The position numbers were made by a program, and so were the translations under genes. This document shows positions 1-12,055 of a stretch of 64,000 nucleotides of DNA, one piece after another. The stretch is from the human T2T-CHM13v2.0 reference genome, Homo sapiens: assembly GCF_009914755.1 (NCBI RefSeq), contig NC_060925.1; one strand, given 5' to 3'. The notes beneath the pieces are model-generated. The model made no database searches. It was not told the DNA's origin and worked only from the letters and a program-made list of their open reading frames with translations. Numbering within the stretch: the first letter of the stretch is position 1; every line of letters starts with the position of its first letter.

Positions 1-18
1 AATGAGATGATACATGTA

Positions 19-1865
19 CAGACATGCCTCGGAGATATTGTGAGTTCAATTCCAGACTACTGCAATAAAGCAAATATTGCAATAAAGCAATTCACATGAA
101 TTTTTTGGTTTTCCAGTGCACATAAAACTTATGTTTACACTATACTGTAGTCTATTAACTGTGCAATAGTATTATGTCTAAAAACAATGGATATACTTTA
201 ATTTAAAAAACTTTATTGCTGAAAAAATGCTAGCAATCAGCTGAGCCTTCAGCGAGTTGTAATCTTTTTGCTGGTGGAGTAGAGGGTCTTGCCTTGATGT
301 TGATGGCTGCTGACTCATCAGGGTAGTGGTTGCGGAAGGTTGTGGTGACTGTGGCAATTTCTTAAAGTAAGACAACAGGAAAGTTTGCTGCATCCAGTGA
401 CACTTCCTTCCATGAAAGATTTCTCTGTAGGATACCATGCTGTTTGATAGCATTTTACCCACAGTAGAACTTCTTTCAAAATTAGACTCAGTCCTCTCAA
501 ACCCTGCTGCTGCTTTATCAACTGAGTTTACATGATATCCTAAATCCACTGTCGTCATTTCAACAATGTTCACAGCATCTTCACCAGGAGTAGATTCTAT
601 CTTAAGAAACCACTTTCTTTGCTCATCCATAAGAAGCAACTCCTCATCCGTTAAAGTTTTATCATGAGATTGCAGTAATTCAGTCACATCTTCAGGCTCC
701 ACTTCTAATTCTAGTTCTCTTGCTATTTCCACCACATCTGCAGTTACTTCCTGTACACAAATCTTGAACCCCTCAAAATAATCCCTGAGGATTGGAACCA
801 ACTTCTTCCAAATTCTTGTACAAGTTGATATTTTGACCTTCTGCCATGAATCATGAATGTTCTTAATGGCATCTAGAATGATGAATCCTTTCCAGAAGGT
901 TTTCAATTTTCTTTGCCCAGATCCACCAAAGAAGTCACTATCTATGGCAGCTCTAGCCTTACAAAATGTACTTCTTAAATTATAAGACTTGAAAGTCAAA
1001 ATTATTCCTCGATCCATAGGCTGCAGATTGGATGTTGTGTTAGCAGGCATAAAAACATTAATCTTCTTGTACATCTCCATCAGAGCTTTTGAGTGACCAG
1101 GTGCACTGTCAATAAGCAGTAATATGTTGAATCTTTTTTTTTTTCCAGAGCAGTAGTTCTTAACAGTGGCCTTAAAATAGCTAGTAAACCATGCTGTAAG
1201 CAGATATGCTGTCATTCAGGCTTTGTTGTTCCATTTATAGAGCACAGGCAGAGGAGATTTAGCACAAGTCTTAAGAATCCTAGGATTTTCAGAATGGCAA
1301 ATGAGCATTGGCTTCAACTTAAAGTCACCAGCTGCACTGGGCCCTAACCGGCTTGTCCTTTGAAGCTTGGAAGCCAGGCATGGACTTCTTCTCCCTAGCT
1401 GTGAAAGCTAGATGGCATCTTCTTCCAACAGAAGGCTGTTTCAACTGCCTTGAAAATCTGGTAGCCACCTTCATCAATGATCTTAGCCAGAGCTCCTGGA
1501 GAACTTGCTGCAGCTTCTACATCAGCACTTGCTGCTTCACCTTGGCTTTTATGTATGGCCATGGCTTCCTTCATTAAGCTTCATGAACCAACCTCTCCTA
1601 GCTTCAAACTTTTCTTCTGTAGCTGCTTCACCTCTCTCAGCCTTCATAGAATTGAAAAGAGTTAGGGCCCAAGGGGAGGGAGAGAGATGGGAGAACATCT
1701 GGTCAGTGAAGCAGTCAAAACACACACAACATTTATCGATTAGGTTTGCCATTTTTTATGGGTATGGTTTCTGGCACCCCAAAATGATGAATATAGTAAC
1801 ATCAAAATCCCTAATCCCAGATCACCATAACACATATAATAATAATGAAAGCATTTGAAATATTT
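19..1865 (-). mobile_element. Tigger1 (TcMar-Tigger/pogo) DNA transposon, internally deleted and missing its 5' end
   Basis: Starts after TA (17-18) with a CAGACATGCCTCGGAGATATTG TIR-like end. The minus strand encodes Tigger1 transposase motifs ([31 protein letters not shown]). Similarity stops near 1865 before the other TIR. Confidence 0.95.
178..1215 (-). pseudogene. Tigger1 transposase remnant ORF (345 aa; C-terminal DDE region)
   Basis: ORF track shows [10 protein letters not shown]...IDSAPGH...QPMD...RQDP, then a frameshifted tail. An in-frame TGA lies directly before the ATG. Upstream, the first catalytic-Asp motif reads FKAVETAF. Confidence 0.85.
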
Positions 1866-1924
1866 AGGGGGCACAAACCCCATCATGAAGGCAGAATTGC
1901 AGAGGGACTTCAGAGACGGACTAT

Positions 1925-2070
1925 CACTTGCCTAGTTCTTAAACTCTCTGGGCCTCAGCTTCCTCATCTGTAACGTGAGGAATTGTAGTACCTTAACCTG
2001 TAAGGTTGTTGCAAGGCTTAAAATGGTGCCTGGTATGTACTAAGTGCTTAATATATGTTAGTTACAGTTA
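1925..2070 (+). mobile_element. MIR SINE fragment
   Basis: ctctctgggcctcagcttcctcatctgtaa core; gtgcctggtatgtactaagtgcttaatatatgttag 3' end. Confidence 0.75.
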
Positions 2071-2249
2071 TTACTGAGCCTAGGTCCTCATGGGAGCAGT
2101 GTAGAACTTCCCATCTCCTCCCCCACATTCCCTCACAAGAGACTGGGCACTCTAGAAGAAAGGGACTATGGCTTGTTCATGTTTGCATTCCAATGCCCAT
2201 CACAGGACCTGCCACACAGCAGGTGCCCAGAAAATGCCATTAAGTCCCA

Positions 2250-2395
2250 AGACAGTCTTACAGGATTGGGATTGTGAGTTCTACTTTACAGAGAAGGAAA
2301 CTGAGGCTCAAGGAGGAGCAGAAACGTGTCCTAAGCCATGTGGGGTTGCCAGTGAAGGATCTGGGTTTGACTCCAAGTCTCTGGCTCTTTCTCCT
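2250..2395 (-). mobile_element. MIR SINE fragment
   Basis: ctttacagagaaggaaactgaggctca...gggtttgactccaagtc. Confidence 0.7.
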
Positions 2396-2659
2396 CTACC
2401 AGGGGGGTGATCCAGGCCTTCCCAGTTCAGTGGCCAGTCCCACCCAGCCCTGAAGCACCTACCCAGCATGACAGCTCACTGCTCCCCCCGTGGGGAAATG
2501 GGCTTGGCAGAGCCACCCCTACTTGGGGGCCCAGCATGGCAGCTCCATAGCAACCTGAGAATGCAGCAGTGGGGTGGGGAGCTGATCCCGGAGGAGAGGG
2601 ATAAGAGGGGGGAGCTCCACAAACAGGATCTAGAACAATTCCCACACCTGTCTGAAGAG

Positions 2660-3290
2660 TTTCCTCATGCTGGGACTTTGTAATCAACCTCTCCCCATCC
2701 CCGACCCTTGATCTGTTCTCTGCCCCTGTAGTTTTTCCTTTCTCAGAATGTTGTACAAATAAAATCAACAGCTTAGAATCTTTTGAGGATGGCTTCTTTC
2801 ACTCGACATAACGCATTTGAAAGTCATCCGTGGTGTTGTGTGTATCAATAGGTCGTTCTTGTTTACAGCTGAGTAATATTCCATTGTATGGCTGTACTAC
2901 ATTTTGATTATCCATTCACTTGTTTAAAGGACATTTGGTTATGGAAAAAGAAAATTTTAAAAAAAAGGACATTTGGGGTGTTTCCAGTTTCTTGTAATTA
3001 TGAAAATTTATGTAATTTATGTAATTATGTGCTGGTATCAACATCTGTGCACAGGTTTTTGTGTGAATGTAAGTTTTCATTTCTCTGGGAAATAAATACC
3101 TGGGAGTGAGATTGCTGGGTCATATCACAAGCATTTTGAGAAACTAACAGGCTGTTTTCTAGGATAACTGTACCATTTTGCATTTCCACCAGCAATGTAT
3201 GAAAATTCTAGTTGTTCCACATCCTGTCTAGCACTCAGTAATTGGCAGTATTTTTTTTACCTTTGCTATTCTAAATAAGATGCACAACCC
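2660..3290 (-). mobile_element. Old L1 (L1MB/L1MC-type) 3' fragment
   Basis: ggcttctttcactc...gagtaatattccattgtatgg...ctctgggaaataaatacctgggagtgagattgctgggtc...catttccaccagcaatgtatga. Confidence 0.85.
2926..2976 (+). mobile_element. 25-nt A-rich micro-insertion with 13-bp TSD (AAAGGACATTTGG), likely an extremely 5'-truncated L1
   Basis: Direct repeats at 2926-2938 and 2964-2976 flank ttatggaaaaagaaaattttaaaaa; TTT|AAA target context. Confidence 0.65.
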
Positions 3291-4750
3291 AAGCATGGAA
3301 TTGTGACAAAAAATCTTAATAAATGGTGTCAGTGGCTACAGAAATCAGAATAAGGCTTGCTAGAGTGAGCTGGAGCAAACAATTACATCTCAGACACTAG
3401 AATGGTGGTGGAGGTGTGGGAGGAGGATGTCCTGGAGTGATGGAAGGAACTGGGTTGTTTAAGATAAATTCAAGGGGGACCTGGGATTGTGGAGTGACTC
3501 TCCGGGGTCAGGGCTGCAAAGACTTCAGACTATCAAACTGCATCATCCCTCCATTGCACCAAGGCAGAGACCGAGGTCTGGTTGTCAGGGAAGGGTCTGC
3601 CTAGCCACAGGAAGTACAGTGGCTTCTTAATAAATTTGTGAATGACAAAGCAGCAATTGTCTTCAGGCTTCCCCTGGGGCTGGGGTATGGTGTGGTGCTC
3701 GCCTGGAGGTAGCAGGTGCACTGATTGACCTCTCCTGGGTCATTTGGACAGAGGGCTTCTTCGTGAGGGACACAGCTCAGAAACAGCTCCTTGTGGCAAT
3801 GCCTGGCCCAGAGGGACCCCTGTGCCCACTCTAAGAAGGAGGACAGGCTGTGGGACCGGGAGGGTGGGAACTGGGGAGTGTCACAGGGTTGTCTGCTCCG
3901 GAGGTATTAATTGTTCCCATTGCATGAAAAGCTGGTCATTTCCCTTCTTCTGTGTGACCGTCAAGTCTCTGAAGGCATGGCATCCTCATTAAAGCCCCCA
4001 GACCTGCCCCACAGGGGACAGACAGCACTGACTAGGAAAGAATCCAGCCTGTAGCTCCCCTAGGCCTGTAGCTGCCCAGCCCTCACTCCACTCACCCCTC
4101 CTGCCTCTGATGTTCAACAGGGAAAGGCCCCACGGAGGCAGGGTTGAGTGGATGGACTATGGCCCTGGATTCTGGGGCTGAAGGAGGTGGCGACCCATGA
4201 TTTCCTAATGTGTCTGAGCCAGGGTGTGACTTGGCCTTGACCTCAGCTCCCGCGGTGAGTTGGGGAGCTCTTTGACTTGTATCTCACACGAGGAAGGAGG
4301 GGAAAGAGGAGAAAACCCCTATTCAAGAAGCTCATGGCCATATACATTGCTCAAGGGGGTGGCCTGTGCCAGTGATTGTAGCAGCAATGGCCATCTGCCT
4401 GTCTCTAAATCTCACTCCACTGCCCTGCCACCGTACCTGGAATTCTACCATTGGGGTCAGGCCTTTGATTAAAGCTGTGACTCTGGAAGAGCCCTGTGAA
4501 AATGTATCCACATTATTTAGAGAGGGCAGGCATTGTTTTGTGTTGCCTGATTAAATTAACTGCTGCCACTTAGAGAGTGCCTACTGCAGGGTTCCGAGGG
4601 GCTGGGACATGAGAGGGGTAACTTGTGATGAGTGAGTGGGGGAATGGAAGAAGAGAGATTGGTGTGAGCAAAAGGCACCGCCTGATCATGGTGGGCAGCA
4701 TGTGCTGGAGGCAGAGGTGGCCCAAACTGGGGGGAATAAGTGGGGAGGTT

Positions 4751-5584
4751 GGTGGGGGAGGCAGACTGACCACAGGGCATTGAAGGACAGGGGTGTGGGG
4801 CAGAGGAGGGTGGCGTGGGATGGGTCTGAAGCCTCCTCTTTGTCTGGTGTTTTCTGAATGACTGACACAGTTTGAGAAGACTTTGTGATCCTGAGACGTT
4901 TAGATGCTGCCATGGAGCTGCTCTTTGGGGCATACGGGAGAGTCCTCTAGGATTGTGGCTCTTCCTCCATTACCTTCTTTCAAAGCAGACTTTGGCTTCA
5001 GGAGCTTGTGACCAAGGAAAAGGGCTCCTACATTTTCCGGCACTGGCAACATCAAAGGTGACCATGCCACCTCCTCCCAGTTAGTGCATTTGGTGCTGAG
5101 GAGGTACATTGTAGTATAGACAACAAACATAGTGATGACAATGACAACATCTTGACAATGTCTTCATCAAATGCCATTGCTGAGTGTTTACTTCCCACCA
5201 GGTGCTGTGTAAGCAGTTCACGCGCATTTCATGTAATGCTCACAAGGACCCTATTGTCACCCCAATTTATGGAGCACGAGATGGAGGTACAACTTGCCCA
5301 GGAGCATGTGGTGAGTACAGAGAACAGCTGGAATCCAGATGTAGACCTGACTGCAAAGTAGATGCTTTTGACTGCCACTCAAGGTCAAATGGAACCAAAA
5401 TTGTCACCCCTTTAATTCAGGTGGACAGAGGAGTATGACATGAGGAGTTCCTAGAATTCTAGGTCTGCGCTGGATGGGGAATAGGGGACCTGGGACCAGA
5501 CCTTGCCCCAGAGAATCCCAATCCATATGGGGGAGATGGGGTGGGGGAGGCAGACTAACCACAGGGCATTGAAGGACAGGGGTG
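4751..5584 (+). repeat. Dispersed 45-bp direct repeat (4751-4795 and 5540-5584)
   Basis: ggtgggggaggcagact[g/a]accacagggcattgaaggacaggggtg, 1 mismatch. Confidence 0.95.
5175..5380 (-). mobile_element. MIR fragment
   Basis: tgctgagtgtttact...ccaggtgctgtgtaagc...taatgctcacaaggaccctattgtcacccca. Confidence 0.65.
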
Positions 5585-6254
5585 GCACTCTAGGGGGATG
5601 GTGACAGTGCTCTCTGCTGAGCAGCACCTACCCTTGGTTGGGCATTCACAGTGGGATTTCCCTGTCTTGTCCCCATCGAATTTTATCCAAGGAGTATGTG
5701 ACTGTAAATTTTTCCAACTCTGCAGCCACCCGGCCCTGGCCCCAGCCTCGGCCAGTGGATGCTGCTGAGCAGACATCAGATTTGTCACTGGGCAAGTCCC
5801 TGAGCCAGCACAGCTGTCAATGGGGAGGAGTGGCTCTGCATGGTGGCCGTGGCAAGTTTACCCTTGAGTGCGACAGGTGCAGATAGAGACCTCAGAATTT
5901 GTGGCTCTTCCCTCTGAGTGATGGATGGATCTAGCTCCTTGAGCCTGGGCTCCACCACTTGCTGTCAGAGATTAGTCCAGCTCAGTGGGGTGGGGAGTGA
6001 AGCAGAGGGCAGGATGTGCCTCTGAACACCGTTGGGACCACTTTCTTGGTGGGCAGGGCTGGGCGTGAGTGCAGTGACCTTGCCCAGGATGGAAGAAGGG
6101 GGCTTGAAGGTTGTGAGCTTGATGTCTGCTGCTCCCGGCTGCCCCCTGACAGCTTCCACTCCGTCCCTGCACAGCAAACAACAGCAGGGCATGACTCTTG
6201 CTTCCTTTCTCTCTTGCTCTCTTGCTTTCTTCCAATGATCTTCCAGTGATCCCG

Positions 6255-6820
6255 TGACAAATATTTATGGAACATGCACCCTTTGCAGGCACTGTGCTAG
6301 GTTCTGGGAAAAGAGTTGTGAGCAAGACACCTAATCTCCCTGTCCTTAGAGTCACATGGGGGCAGAAGCCAACAAACACCTTAAGAGACGAGAGACACCT
6401 CAGGGAATTGCGAGTCCTATGCAGAGAATTCGGAGTGGTGAGGGAGAGTGACCAAGCAGCCACTTTATGTGACCAGGAAAGTGTCTCTCAGGAAGTGACA
6501 CTGAAAGATAACACAGTGCCAGCCATGTGTGGTTTCAGGGAAAAGCCCAGTAGGCAGAGGGAACAGTTGATGCAAAGGGCTGAAGGCAGGAATAAGCTCA
6601 GAGGTTTCCAATTTGAGAGCAAAGTCATTTTGGCTAGAGTGGAACACGTGCTGGGGACATGGCACAGAATACAAGGCCAGGGCTACTTCTTCACAGGGCC
6701 TGAGTCAGCATGAGGAGTTTGAGTTTTATCCTGACTACTGGGGGATGGGCAGCTATTGGGGATTTAAAGTAGGGGAGAGGCAAGATTTGATTTATGTTTT
6801 GAAATGATCACTCTGATTTC
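6255..6820 (-). mobile_element. L2 LINE 3' fragment
   Basis: caaatatttatggaacatgcacc...ggcactgtgctaggttctggg...atttgatttatgttttgaaatgatcactctg. Confidence 0.8.
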
Positions 6821-7622
6821 ATTAGAGCAGATGCCACTAGCAAAATTCAAACTTGCTGGAGTTCTCCAGCTGACAACACACACAGCCTGCCTAGAATATC
6901 CAATGCTATTTGTCCTGGTGCCATTCTGACCATATAGAATGCACTGTGTCTAAAATGATTTTAAATATGTAAAGTTTTGTATTAATGTCATTGTACACAG
7001 ACACATATCTCATGAGTATTTCTTTATGAGACATGTGGACAAGGACCAATCTTATCCAAGCAAGATACAGAGCCTTGAGTGAAATTGGCACCATTACAAA
7101 CCATCCTGAGTCCATCAGTTACAAAAACTGCTCCAAATAAATTGAGTAAAGTAGGGAAGCTAAATGCAAGAACCTTAGAAGCGTGGGCCCATTGGCTCAA
7201 AGGGATATTAACAGATTGGCATTTGAGTGTTGATGTTTGTCGAGCTTTGGGCAGCATCGTAATTCAACACATGGTTTGGTGTGACAACGCCCAGTGTGAT
7301 ATGCTGAATCTGAGATGAGCATGTCATATATAAAAGAGAGAAGAGCTAGCCCAGAGCTTAGAAAGGAAAAGGAGACTAAAAATTGAGAAATGTGTATTAG
7401 AGCATGATAGGAAGGAATTTCAGTGTCCTGGAATCGAATTGGAAAGAACAGCATGAATTTAGGATGTTAGCATTCTGCTTAATCCCCCAAATAACCCAGG
7501 TTGCCTCTGGGCTGATGCATGGGGTCCTGGTGTCATGACATAACTGTGTAGTCCCACTGACCGTGGATTAGTCCTTTAAGTCACTTTGTATCCCAAGGAA
7601 GCAAGGGCTTCCTGAAGGATAA

Positions 7623-7871
<249 letters not shown>

Positions 7872-8998
7872 TGAGCAGCCAGCCCAAAGAGACTCCTTCT
7901 TACCTCCTGTTAGTATGCCCAAGCAGGGACAATCTAAGCATAAAAGTCAGTAATTACGGGCAAATGGCACAAACCAAGTCTGTAAACGAGCCTGAGTCCA
8001 TAAGCCTGTTGAAAAATGAAAGTTAATGTGAAGTGTGCCAGAAGAAGTTGGAAGGCACACCATCAGTTTTTCCATATGGTTTACTGAGAGATATTGATTA
8101 AGTCACATGGCTAGAGGCTCACACCTACATGTGGCCAGCACCTAGGTCTCCGATCCAAATTTTTGTCAACTTGTTCCAATAATTGCTTAAGAGATTAAGA
8201 TGCAGAATCATGCTATTCCTTATGATGTTTATTTGGTTGTGCCCAGTGTTGGATGTTTGTAAAAAGCCGGGGTGGAATGCAGTGAGCTGCAAGCCTTATT
8301 TCAAACACTTAGGAAGCACCAGTATACACAGACCCACAAGATCCAGATTTTGTCATTATAAACCATTGCATGGCACATCCACATTGTCCTTTGCCCAAGT
8401 GACTTTGTCACCAGGGAACAGGTATATAGCACACCCAAAAGAAATCAAGATGTCTTGAGAAAAGGTGAACAGGATGGTCTTATTGTCCTGAGGCCAGGAC
8501 CACTGACACTCCAGGGTCATATTTAGGGTCATGTACCAACAGGTACATGAGTACACGTGTGGTTTTTTGACCTTTATAAGTTAAAAAAGTGAATTATTGT
8601 AAAATTTAAAATGAGAAAGATTTTACACATAATCCTGATTTTTCCATTTCTTTTGAAAAATTGAAAGATCTTCATAGGAGGCTGGAGGTGAGTAGGGACC
8701 TCCCTCTAGACGGAGGCTGCTACTCCAGTTAACCCCAGTCACCACCACTCCCAGTCGTCTCCTATGTAGATTATCTTCTTGAGCTCCATAGATATTTGAG
8801 TGTTTGATTTCTGCTAGTGATAGCAATGGAGGACAGAAACAGTGAAGGCCCTATTATTGCTGCTTTATGGCTAAGGAAACTGAGGCCTTAGAGAGCTCAA
8901 GTAAATTGCCTGAGGTCACAGGCTCTGGGAGGAACTACTAGTTGGCTGCCATATCATGCATCCTCCTCTTCCTCATTACTAACAGAACTCTATTAGAC

Positions 8999-9128
8999 TT
9001 TTTCTTTTTGAGACACAGCCTCTCTTCCTGTGTTCCCCAGGCTGGGTTGAGCTCCAGGGTTCAAGCGATCCTTCTGTCTCAGCCTCCCACGTAGCTGAGA
9101 CTACAGGTTCACACCACAGTGCCCAGCT
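8999..9128 (-). mobile_element. FLAM (free left Alu monomer)
   Basis: polyT followed by a single diverged Alu monomer. Confidence 0.8.
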
Positions 9129-9210
9129 CACAACCCAATGTGGCCTGGTGATTAAGTTCTGGCCAATGACATGTAGGCAGCATTATAAGGACCATTTGAA
9201 AAAGCATCCT

Positions 9211-9610
<400 letters not shown>

Positions 9611-10320
9611 TCATGAAGAGACTCTGAGAATGGAAGCTGTGAATTTCAGAGCAGAAAGACAGGAATTGGATTTTCTGATGAATGCGTGGATCCACCACAC
9701 CAGTCTTGACCTATGTGTTTCATGATAGCTAATAAACCATGTGTGTTTTAAGTCAAGTCTTGCTTACTGTAACTAATACAGTGGTAAGGCCAGGATTCAC
9801 ACTCAGTCTGCCGGACACCATTGCCTGGGCTCTTAGGCACTGCAGTAATAGCCAATCGCAGACATTCCCTATTGCCTGAAGCTGGCCTAACCACCCTCTT
9901 CTTTGCCTACTGGTATTGGAGGAGCAATTGAACCACATGCTTGGTCTGGCTAATGGCAAGTAGCAGTCTTCCAGTTCTACAGAAACTACAAAACTGACCC
10001 AAACAAGGGCAGTTTGGGAGTTCTTGGTTGGGAACTGCAGTTCCATATGTCACCTCACTATAAGAACAATAGCCTCTGAGCTTCTGTTCTGGGCTGCCCT
10101 CCAAGGCCAAATGACAGATAAACAATAACCAAAAGGGAGTGGGTTCTTCAGGGAGACCCCAACAGTCTGCTGAGGCTGTCACCAGCTGCTACCTTATTTT
10201 TATTAATATATAGTGTATTCCTGTAGTGACAAGTGTCCTTTTAGTTCAAAGTAATGGATCTCTCTTGCTTAAGTGGTTGGGATTATTAATTTTGCTCTTG
10301 GACAAGAAAAACCCACATGA

Positions 10321-10698
<378 letters not shown>

Positions 10699-10789
10699 TT
10701 ATGCTCAAGTCTGTCCAGTCTTAAAACCGATGATGATGATACTAACATTGCTTCCAGCCATGACACCATCTTCCTTCTTGCCTTCTCTT

Positions 10790-11470
10790 CTCCCAAGAAT
10801 GATCTCAGCTCCTTCTTCCCATCACTTCCCCTCCCTTGGTCTCCTCACCTAAGTGGCATCTGCTTCCACCCCCACCACTCCCTGGAGGCCACTCTGGCCA
10901 ACGTCACCACCCACGTCTGGGTGCTAACCCAATAACAATCTAATCAGCTGCCAGCACAGCCAGAATAAAAGCAGGTAGAAGAATGTGGAAAGACTAGACT
11001 GACTGAGTCTTCTGGCCTCCATCTTTCTCCCGTGCTGGATACTTCCTGCCCTCGAACATCGGACTCCAAGTTCTTCAGCCTTGGGGCTCTTGTACCTTCG
11101 ACCACAGACCGAAGGCTGCACTCTCGGCTTCCCTACTTTTGAGGTTTTGGGACTTGGACCGGCTTTCTTACTCTTCAGCTTGCAGGTGGCCTATTGTGGG
11201 ATGTCACCTTGTGATCATGTGAGTCAATACTCTTTAATAAACTCCGATTTATATATACATCTATCCTGTTAGTTCTGTTCCTCTAGAGAACCCTGACTGA
11301 TACAGATTTTTTTTTTTTTTTTTTTAGTTTTTTAATGTGATTGGACCTCTCTGCGGAGTTTGGTGCTACTGCCACTCCCTCCTTGAATATTCTGCTCTTC
11401 TGACTTCCTGATAGTAGGATCTTTTGGTTTTCCCTCCGTATCTCAGGGCAGTCCTTTGGTCTGAAGCTCA
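10790..11470 (+). mobile_element. L2 fragment interrupted by MLT2A
   Basis: ctgcttccacccccaccactccctggaggccactctggccaacgtcacca; resumes tggacctctctgcggagtttggtgctactgccactccctccttgaa. Confidence 0.6.
10934..11305 (+). mobile_element. MLT2A (HERV-L) LTR, 3' portion
   Basis: atctaatcagctgccagc...gaaggctgcact...ttaataaactcc...ctagagaaccctgactgataca. Confidence 0.9.
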
Positions 11471-11619
11471 TGTGCCCTTGTTCCTCATCTTGGTCCTCTC
11501 CCTGCCTCCCTCTCCTCCTTTCTCCTTCCCTTCCTTTCTCATCTCACTGTGTGCACGGTCCCCAGGCTCTCTCTCCAGTTCCCTACATTTATCTCACATG
11601 CATGCAGCGGTGATGCCTG

Positions 11620-12055
11620 ACTTAGATTAGCTTCCTCAGAAACAGACTCCGAGATGGAGATTTGCTGGCAGAAAGCTAAGTGGGGAGCATTCATGGGAAC
11701 AACACCTGAGGGGGATGAAGGGCCAGGACAGCAAGGGCGGGTTTACACTGAGATGTAATTCAACCAAAGGCCTTGGCGATAGGCCAGGGGGACCCTGGAC
11801 CTCGGGGGGTCCTTCAGGGATCTCCTGAATTGAGGCCAGAACTTAGCTATTGTGTCCCTGCAGCAGACAGTCACTGGATGTGAGCTGCCCCTAGGGAGGG
11901 GGCATCACCTTGGGTGTGGCTGCTTCCTTTTACCAAAGGGAATTCCTAAGACTGGCCCAGCTACAACTGACAGCAGCCGATGTTGCCTGCAGCTGGGGAA
12001 ATGACTGTTTCCGTCCTGATCGGGGGATCTGGGCAGAGTCACAGGATCCACAACA
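11620..12055 (-). mobile_element. LTR16-like ERVL LTR
   Basis: aaacagactccgagatggagatttgc...gggaacaacacctg...cctgaattgaggc; similar to the copy at 39955-40475. Confidence 0.7.

Noticed and set aside
11307-11332. PolyT tract after MLT2A as a possible retrocopy tail
   Set aside because: No TSD or identifiable body; the flank continues as L2
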